Below the pieces are notes generated by a model. It was not told where the DNA came from. It ran no database searches and saw only the letters and a list, made by a program, of their open reading frames with translations. Shown here one piece after another: positions 36,698 to 43,183 of a stretch of 43,183 nucleotides of DNA. Where the stretch lies: positions 1 to 43,183 of the forward strand of contig CAZGVY010000002.1 of assembly GCA_964529215.1 (NCBI GenBank), given 5' to 3'. Within the stretch, counting starts at the first letter, position 1. Every line of letters begins with the position of its first letter. The DNA is from an uncultured Mordavella sp. (GTDB lineage: Bacteria > Bacillota > Clostridia > Lachnospirales > Lachnospiraceae). The translations under genes were made by a program, and so were the position numbers.

Positions 36698-38596
36698 TTA
36701 CGCGCCGATCGCATTACCCGTATAGAGCTGGTAATATTTCCCTTTCTCCTCGATCAGCTGCTCATGGGTTCCACGCTCAATGATCCTTCCCTGCTCCAGC
36801 ACCATGATACAGTCGGAATTTCTTACCGTGGACAGCCTGTGCGCAATAACAAAAGTAGTCCTTCCATTCATCAGCCGGTCCATGCCCTCCTGGACAATGC
36901 GCTCTGTCCTGGTATCAATGGAACTGGTCGCTTCATCCAGAATCAGCACCGGCGGATCGGCAACCGCCGCCCTGGCTATGGCAAGAAGCTGTCTCTGGCC
37001 CTGGCTTAAGGAAGCGCCGTCCCCGGTCAGCATGGTCTGATAGCCGTCCGGCAGACGGTTAATAAATCCATGGGCATTGGCAAGTTTTGCCGCTGCGATT
37101 ACTTCCTCGTCACTGGCGTCCAGCCTGCCAAAGCGGATATTCTCCATCACCGTCCCGGTAAAGAGATGGGTATCCTGCAGTACGATACCCAGGGACCGCC
37201 TGAGATCCGGCTTCTTTATCTTATTGATATTGATTCCGTCATACCGGATCTTCCCATCCTGAATATCATAAAACCGGTTGATCAGGTTGGTAATCGTCGT
37301 TTTTCCCGCTCCGGTAGAGCCAACGAACGCAATCTTCTGTCCCGGCTCAGCAAAGAGCTTCACGTCATGGAGCACGATCTTCTCATCCGTATAACCGAAA
37401 TCCACCTCGTTAAATACCACATTTCCCCGTACTTCCACATAGTCGGTGGTTCCGTCCGACTTATGGGTGTGCTTCCATGCCCACCGGCCGGTCCGCTCCT
37501 CTGCAGGCACAAGTTTTCCATCTTTCTCTCTTGCGTTGACCAGCGTCACATAACCTTCGTCTGCTTCCGCTTCCTCATCCAGAAGGGTAAAGATCCGCTC
37601 TGCGCCTGCCATCGCCATCACAATAGCATTCAGCTGCATACTCACCTGATTGATCGGCATGCTAAAGCTCTTATTAAAGGTCAGGAAACTTGCAAGCCCT
37701 CCAAGGGTAAAGCCGCCTATCCCGTTCAGCGCCAGGGCTCCGCCCACGATTGCACAGAGCACATAGCTTACATTGCCAAGCTGTGCATTGATCGGCCCCA
37801 GGATATTGGAAAAGGTATTTGCCCGGTCTGCGCTTACATACAGTGCATCATTCAATTCTTTGAACCGTTTTTTACTCTCCTCCTCATGACAGAACACCTT
37901 TACCACCTTCTGCCCATTCATCATTTCTTCAATATATCCGTTTACCGCTCCCAGGTTCCTCTGCTGCTGCAGGAAATAATTTCCGCTCTGGGAAGTTGCT
38001 TTCTTCGTACAAAAGAGCATAACCCCCACCATGGCCAGCGTAACAAGCGTAAGCGGGATATTTAACACCAGCATACTTAAAAGTACACTGACGATGGTAA
38101 TCCCACTGTTCAGAAACTGCGGAATACTCTGGCTGATCATCTGCCTTAAGGTATCAATATCATTGGTGTATATGGACATAATATCCCCGTGGGCATGCGT
38201 ATCAAAATACCGGATAGGCAGTTTTTCCATATGGGAAAACAGATCATCCCTGAGATCCTTTAATGTCCCCTGGGTTACGTATACCATGATACGGTTATAA
38301 AGATAGACTGAAAGCACTCCCACCGCGTAAAATACCGCTACTCTCCCAATTGCCCTTGCAAGCGGAGTGAAATTCGGCGTATCGCTTAACAGGAACGGCG
38401 TAATATAATTGTCGATCAGCTTCTGCATAAACAGTGTTCCCTGCACATTCGCAATAACCCCTGTAAAAATCAATACAACGACCGCAATAAAATGGATCTT
38501 ATATTTGCGGAACACATAGCTCATGATCCGTTTAAATATCTTGCCCGGATTCTTTACATTCGGCTTCACGCCCCGCATATGCCTTGGATGTGCCAT
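36698..38596 (-). CDS. Heterodimeric ABC exporter subunit (TMD+NBD, consensus Walker B)
   Basis: GSTGAGKTT, LSQGQRQ, LDEATSSID, IAHRL. Confidence 0.93.
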   Translation of the reverse strand: MAHPRHMRGVKPNVKNPGKIFKRIMSYVFRKYKIHFIAVVVLIFTGVIANVQGTLFMQKLIDNYITPFLLSDTPNFTPLARAIGRVAVFYAVGVLSVYLYNRIMVYVTQGTLKDLRDDLFSHMEKLPIRYFDTHAHGDIMSIYTNDIDTLRQMISQSIPQFLNSGITIVSVLLSMLVLNIPLTLVTLAMVGVMLFCTKKATSQSGNYFLQQQRNLGAVNGYIEEMMNGQKVVKVFCHEEESKKRFKELNDALYVSADRANTFSNILGPINAQLGNVSYVLCAIVGGALALNGIGGFTLGGLASFLTFNKSFSMPINQVSMQLNAIVMAMAGAERIFTLLDEEAEADEGYVTLVNAREKDGKLVPAEERTGRWAWKHTHKSDGTTDYVEVRGNVVFNEVDFGYTDEKIVLHDVKLFAEPGQKIAFVGSTGAGKTTITNLINRFYDIQDGKIRYDGININKIKKPDLRRSLGIVLQDTHLFTGTVMENIRFGRLDASDEEVIAAAKLANAHGFINRLPDGYQTMLTGDGASLSQGQRQLLAIARAAVADPPVLILDEATSSIDTRTERIVQEGMDRLMNGRTTFVIAHRLSTVRNSDCIMVLEQGRIIERGTHEQLIEEKGKYYQLYTGNAIGA

Positions 38597-38599
38597 ATC

Positions 38600-40348
38600 T
38601 TACTCACCTGCCTTTACATCAAAATCCCCGCCGCCCTGAGTCTGGGACTCATAGACCTCGCGGTAAATACCATTTGTTTCTAATAATTCCTCATGAGTTC
38701 CGAAACCGTCCAGACAGCCGTCCTCTAGTACGATAATCCGGTCTGCATCCTGGATGCTTGATATACGCTGGGAAATAATAATCTTCGTGGTATTCGGGAG
38801 TTCCTCCCGGAATGCCCTCCGGATCTTCGCATCCGTAGCCGTATCTACTGCGCTGGTACTGTCGTCCAGGATCAGGATCTTGGGATTCTTAAGAAGCGCC
38901 CTGGCAATACAAAGTCTCTGTTTCTGTCCGCCGGATACATTGGTTCCGCCCTGTTCGATATGGGTATGATACCCTTCCGGGAATTTCCGGATAAATTCAT
39001 CGGCACAGGCCAGCCTGCAGGCTTCTATACATTCCTCCTCTGTCGCTTCTTTATTTCCCCAGCGGAGGTTATCCAGGATCGTTCCGGAAAAAAGCACATT
39101 ATTCTGCAAAACTACAGAAACCTGATTACGAAGAACCTCCATGTCGTAATCTTTCACGTTATGTCCGCCTACCAGAACCTCTCCCCCTGTCACATCGTAC
39201 AGCCGGCTGATCAGATTCACCAGGCTGGTCTTTGCGCTTCCGGTTGCTCCAAGAATCCCTATCGTTTCACCGGAACGGATGGACAGATCAATCTGTAAAA
39301 GCACCGGCGCCGCCACATCTCTGTTATATGCAAAATCCACTTCCCGGAACTCAATGCTTCCATCCGGAACCTCCATCACCGGGTGCTCCGGATTCGTCAG
39401 CGTACTTTCTTCCGAAAGCACCTCGCTGATCCGGCGGGCGCTGGCAATACTCATGGATATCATGACAAAGATCATCGAGAGCATCATCAGGCTCATAAGA
39501 ATATTCATGCAGTATGCCAGAAGGCTCATAAGCTCTCCGGTGGTCAGTTCAGAGGACACGATCAGCTTTGCACCGATCCAGCTGATCAGAAGGATGCAGG
39601 TATACACCGTCGTCTGCATTAATGGCGCATTTACAATTACATTCTTCTCTGCTTTCACAAAAATATTGTAAATATTCTCATTTGCCTTCCGGAATCTTAA
39701 GGTCTCTTCCTTCTCTCTGACATACGCCTTTACCACGCGGATCGCCGAAACATTTTCCTGGACTGACGCGTTCAGATCGTCGTATTTAGGAAATATCATC
39801 TGAAAATATCTGGTCGCCCGCCTCAGAAGGAAAAACAGCAGCACCGCCAGCACTGCCACCGCTGCAAGATAAATGCTGGCCAGCTTCCGGTTGATCAGAA
39901 ACGCCATTGTCATGGCGCAGATCAGGCTTGCAGGCGCCCGCATGAACATACGGAGCGTCATCTGGTATGCATTCTGGATATTGGTAACATCTGTAGTCAG
40001 CCGGGTAACCAGTCCCGCCGTACTGAATTTATCAATATTGGCAAAGGAAAACGTCTGTATCCTGTTAAACATCGCCTCCCTCAGATTCCTGGCAAATCCC
40101 GTGCTGGCCTTGGCTCCGTACCTTCCTCCCGCCATTCCGGCAAATAAGCCCACGAAAGCCGCGGCGATCATCAGGCCGCCCACCCGGTAAATATGCCGGA
40201 TATCTCCGGCATTCACACCGTCATCGATAATGGAAGCCATCAGATATGGGATCACCATCTCCATCAGCACCTCCAGGATCATAAACAGAGGTGTCGCAAT
40301 GGACGCACGTTTAAATTCCTTTACTTCTTTCAGCAATACACGTATCAT
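38600..40348 (-). CDS. Heterodimeric ABC exporter subunit (degenerate site)
   Basis: GATGSAKT, VSGGQKQR, LDDSTSAVD, ISQR; start 40348 with GGAGG RBS. Confidence 0.92.
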   Translation of the reverse strand: MIRVLLKEVKEFKRASIATPLFMILEVLMEMVIPYLMASIIDDGVNAGDIRHIYRVGGLMIAAAFVGLFAGMAGGRYGAKASTGFARNLREAMFNRIQTFSFANIDKFSTAGLVTRLTTDVTNIQNAYQMTLRMFMRAPASLICAMTMAFLINRKLASIYLAAVAVLAVLLFFLLRRATRYFQMIFPKYDDLNASVQENVSAIRVVKAYVREKEETLRFRKANENIYNIFVKAEKNVIVNAPLMQTTVYTCILLISWIGAKLIVSSELTTGELMSLLAYCMNILMSLMMLSMIFVMISMSIASARRISEVLSEESTLTNPEHPVMEVPDGSIEFREVDFAYNRDVAAPVLLQIDLSIRSGETIGILGATGSAKTSLVNLISRLYDVTGGEVLVGGHNVKDYDMEVLRNQVSVVLQNNVLFSGTILDNLRWGNKEATEEECIEACRLACADEFIRKFPEGYHTHIEQGGTNVSGGQKQRLCIARALLKNPKILILDDSTSAVDTATDAKIRRAFREELPNTTKIIISQRISSIQDADRIIVLEDGCLDGFGTHEELLETNGIYREVYESQTQGGGDFDVKAGE

Positions 40349-40844
40349 GTTCCTCCTCCTCTCCGGCAATTTGTTCAGCTTTCAGATTGCCTTTTAATTT
40401 ATTCATTACGATATAGAATGTATTCAATTCTTCTTCCGTAATGCCCTGGACCAGCTCCCGGTCTAAATGATCGATAAGTTTCTCTAACGCCTCCTGATCC
40501 GCAATTCCCTTTTCAGTCAGCTTCACTTTTTTGAGCCTGGCATCCCCGGGCACAGATTCCCTGACAATATAACCATTTTTCTCCATAAGCTGTATAATAT
40601 TCGTCACGGTTGATCGTCCGATTGAAAAAAATTTCTCAATATCCTTCTGGAATATTTCTTCTTCCCGCTTCTCATAGAGATAACGGATGATCCATCCGTG
40701 CATCAGAGTCAGCTCATTCATTCCCGCTGCGCGCATCCGCGCCGCAATATGCCTGGAGAGTATTCTGTCCATCTTATGGATTACCGGTCCCACCGGCACC
40801 TCTCTGTTAATTGAGCAGGTTTCATAAGGATCAAATTTCTTCAT
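40311..40844 (-). CDS. MarR family regulator
   Basis: QKDIE..F.I.RSTVT.I...MEK.G.I.R......DARLK...LT.KG. Confidence 0.92.
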   Translation of the reverse strand: MKKFDPYETCSINREVPVGPVIHKMDRILSRHIAARMRAAGMNELTLMHGWIIRYLYEKREEEIFQKDIEKFFSIGRSTVTNIIQLMEKNGYIVRESVPGDARLKKVKLTEKGIADQEALEKLIDHLDRELVQGITEEELNTFYIVMNKLKGNLKAEQIAGEEEEHDTCIAERSKGI

Positions 40845-40865
40845 CTGCAGTCACCCCCATTCCTA

Positions 40866-40889
40866 AAACTGTTCGTATCCGAATTGTTT
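40866..40889. promoter_or_regulatory. Probable MarR operator
   Basis: imperfect palindrome AAACTGTTCG-TATC-CGAATTGTTT between the promoter (TTGACT at 40930) and the marR RBS. Confidence 0.5.
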
Positions 40890-40994
40890 GCTACAAAACA
40901 TTATAATATCACTCTATCGGAAAAAGTCAAGAAAAAAAGAACAGCGCCCCCGCCTGTATCCAGCAGGTCGCCACTGTTCTTTTTCATGAAAATA

Positions 40995-42779
40995 TTATTT
41001 TACCGGAGCAATAAATACCGCGCTAAATGCCGGGAGATCCAGAGTCAGTTTTCCATTTTTTGTTTCCCAGCATTTCTTTCCAATCGTCTGACCACTGTAA
41101 ATATCCTGATCACTATTTAAAATTGCCTCATATGTTCCACCGGCGGCTGCAAAAGCATAATCCTTCTGCTCAATACCTGAAAAGTTAAACAATGCGATCA
41201 GACTTCCATCCTCACTGTTCCTCTCAATAGCATAGATGCACCGTTCCTCCTGATGGCAGTCGATCCACCGGAAGCCCTCCGCCTTATAATCCCATTTCCA
41301 AAGCTCTGAATGCTCCAGGTACAGCCGGTTCAGGTCTTTGATAAAGCGGTGGAAGGAATCATGGACCGGATAGGTCAGCATATCCCAGTCCAGCTCCCTC
41401 TTCTCATCCCATTCCCTGAGCTGGCCCAGCTCGCCGCCCATAAAATTCAGTTTTTTGCCAGGATGCGCATACATATACATGTACAATGCTCTTGCCTGGG
41501 GAAACTTATTCTCATACTGCCCGTTCATCTTCTGTACGATGGTTGCTTTCCCATGCACCACCTCATCGTGTGACAGCGGAAGCAGATAATTCTCTTCCGG
41601 GTAATACATCATAGAAAACGTCAGCTTATGATAGGCTCCTCCGCGGAACAGCGGATCTGTCCGGAAATAATCCAGAGTATCATTCATCCAGCCCATATCC
41701 CATTTGTAATCAAAACCGAGGCCGCCCTCCCTTACGGCCTTCGTAACTTTCCCGTAAGAAGTTGAATCCTCAGCCGCCAGCAGAATACCGGGGTGGCGCT
41801 CTTTTAATCCCTGATTCATATACTGGAGGAACTCCACCGCATTTTTATTCACGCCACGGGCCTTCTCTCCCTGCCAGTAGATCATATTACTGATAGCGTC
41901 CATACGCAGGCCATCCACATGGTATTCCTCCATCCAATAGCTTGCGCAGGACTGTAAGAAGCTCCGCACCTCGCCTCTGGAATGGATAAAGTTACAGCTT
42001 CCCCACTCGCTCCTTCCCACGTCCTGATTCGGATACTCATACAATGCCGTACCGTCATATTCAGCCAGCCCATATCCATCCACGGCAAAATGCACCGGGA
42101 CAAAATCCAGGATAACACCGATTTCTGCCTGGTGGAGCTTGTCAACCATTTCCTTAAGCTGATCTGCCGTCCCATACCTGGCGGTAGGAGCAAAAAAGCC
42201 TGTGCTCTGATATCCCCAGGATTCATCGCTTGGATGTTCATTTATCGGCATCAATTCAATATAATTATATCCATACTCCTTTAAGTAAGGGATCAGGATA
42301 TCTGCAAGCTCCGTATAAGTATACCATCCATTTACATCCTCCGGATTCGTCCTCCAGGATCCGGCATGAAGCTCATAAATATTCAGCGCCCTGTCCCTGC
42401 AATCGCTCCTTTCATTCAGCCAGTCCTGATCATGAAACGTATATGCCTTAAGGTCCCGCACAATAGAGGCACAATTCGGGCGCAGTTCCATTCCATACCC
42501 GTAAGGATCACAGTGATCCACCCACTGTCCATTTCTCTTATAGATCCGGTATTTATACATCTGCCCCGGCTTTACACCCTCGATCTCACACTCCCAGAAA
42601 TTCCGGTCGCAGATCTGCCGCATCTCTGTCTCCTGCCAGCCGTTAAATTCCCCAATAACAGATATTTTCACCGCAGCAGGTGCAAAGGTGCGGAATACTG
42701 CTTTATTTCCCTGCAGGATACATCCCAGGAACCGGTGCGCATCAAAAATCTTTCCTGTATAGAATCCATATAAATCCAT
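40995..42779 (-). CDS. glgB: 1,4-alpha-glucan branching enzyme
   Basis: LNIYELH.GSW, SWGYQ, DGLRMDA, AEDST, KWDMGWMND, LSHDEVVHGK. Confidence 0.96.
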   Translation of the reverse strand: MDLYGFYTGKIFDAHRFLGCILQGNKAVFRTFAPAAVKISVIGEFNGWQETEMRQICDRNFWECEIEGVKPGQMYKYRIYKRNGQWVDHCDPYGYGMELRPNCASIVRDLKAYTFHDQDWLNERSDCRDRALNIYELHAGSWRTNPEDVNGWYTYTELADILIPYLKEYGYNYIELMPINEHPSDESWGYQSTGFFAPTARYGTADQLKEMVDKLHQAEIGVILDFVPVHFAVDGYGLAEYDGTALYEYPNQDVGRSEWGSCNFIHSRGEVRSFLQSCASYWMEEYHVDGLRMDAISNMIYWQGEKARGVNKNAVEFLQYMNQGLKERHPGILLAAEDSTSYGKVTKAVREGGLGFDYKWDMGWMNDTLDYFRTDPLFRGGAYHKLTFSMMYYPEENYLLPLSHDEVVHGKATIVQKMNGQYENKFPQARALYMYMYAHPGKKLNFMGGELGQLREWDEKRELDWDMLTYPVHDSFHRFIKDLNRLYLEHSELWKWDYKAEGFRWIDCHQEERCIYAIERNSEDGSLIALFNFSGIEQKDYAFAAAGGTYEAILNSDQDIYSGQTIGKKCWETKNGKLTLDLPAFSAVFIAPVK

Positions 42780-42963
42780 ATTTCATTCCTCCGTAACATC
42801 TCATGTGTGCAGGAAAACCAACTCTGTTCTTTTAATTGACGGTAGTTGTTTAAACTGCTATATTTATATTATAAAACACAGAAAATATTTTCCATCATCA
42901 TTTCTTCTTATCTGTAAAATAATTGACAGTTTAAGAAAATTGTTGAAAAAACAGGAGTACATT

Positions 42964-43183
42964 ATGGATCTTCGGGTAAAACGGACACGGACCAGCATTA
43001 CCAACGCCTTTATTGAGCTCCGCTCAAAAAAACCTCTGGAAAAAATCACGGTCAAAGAACTTGCAGATACCGCATTTATCAACAAAGCAACCTTTTACCA
43101 GCATTACAGGGATATCTACGATCTGTCGGAATCCATGGAAACCGAACTGATCAATAATATCGTCCGCTCGATTCCTCATCCCG
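42964..43183 (+). CDS. TetR/AcrR family regulator, truncated by the window edge; absent from the ORF track
   Basis: MDLRVKRTR..I.NAF.EL...KP..KITVKELAD.A.INKATFY.HY.DIYDL; AGGAG RBS. Confidence 0.92.
   Translation, partial: MDLRVKRTRTSITNAFIELRSKKPLEKITVKELADTAFINKATFYQHYRDIYDLSESMETELINNIVRSIPHP

Noticed and set aside
37070-38065. Long antisense ORFs (331 aa here; also 19997-20653, 23722-24393 and others)
   Set aside because: Shadow frames opposite well-supported genes, without RBS or motifs

Overview
Chromosomal window from a low-GC Gram-positive anaerobe; gene content and RBS/promoter style suggest Lachnospiraceae/Clostridia (inference). From left to right: a lower-GC-looking ECF transporter operon headed by a TudS/DUF523-like Fe-S desulfidase; a diguanylate cyclase; pyridoxal kinase, DMT transporter, small alarmone synthetase and CobO; a niaR-niaY pair with a visible NiaR operator; two ABC systems; a ~10 kb divergent polyol-PTS catabolic locus (PRD regulator, class II aldolase, bicupin | TIM-like isomerase, DhaKL kinase, frameshifted EIICB, SorE-like dehydrogenase, EIIA); deoD; a type I toxin-antitoxin relic; a Na/Pi symporter with phoBR and Pho boxes; a MarR-ABC exporter; glgB; and a partial TetR. 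The most unusual signal is non-coding. The 35.44-35.98 kb intergenic region holds two ~180-nt rod-shaped hairpin elements in inverted orientation that share a covarying core but have unrelated outer stems. Next to them are a GNA-triloop junction and a 23-bp palindrome whose relatives recur as a tandem pair at 25.53-25.59 kb with the loop flipped. No rRNA, tRNA, CRISPR array or transposase was seen. All calls come from reading motifs by eye; no database searches were run.
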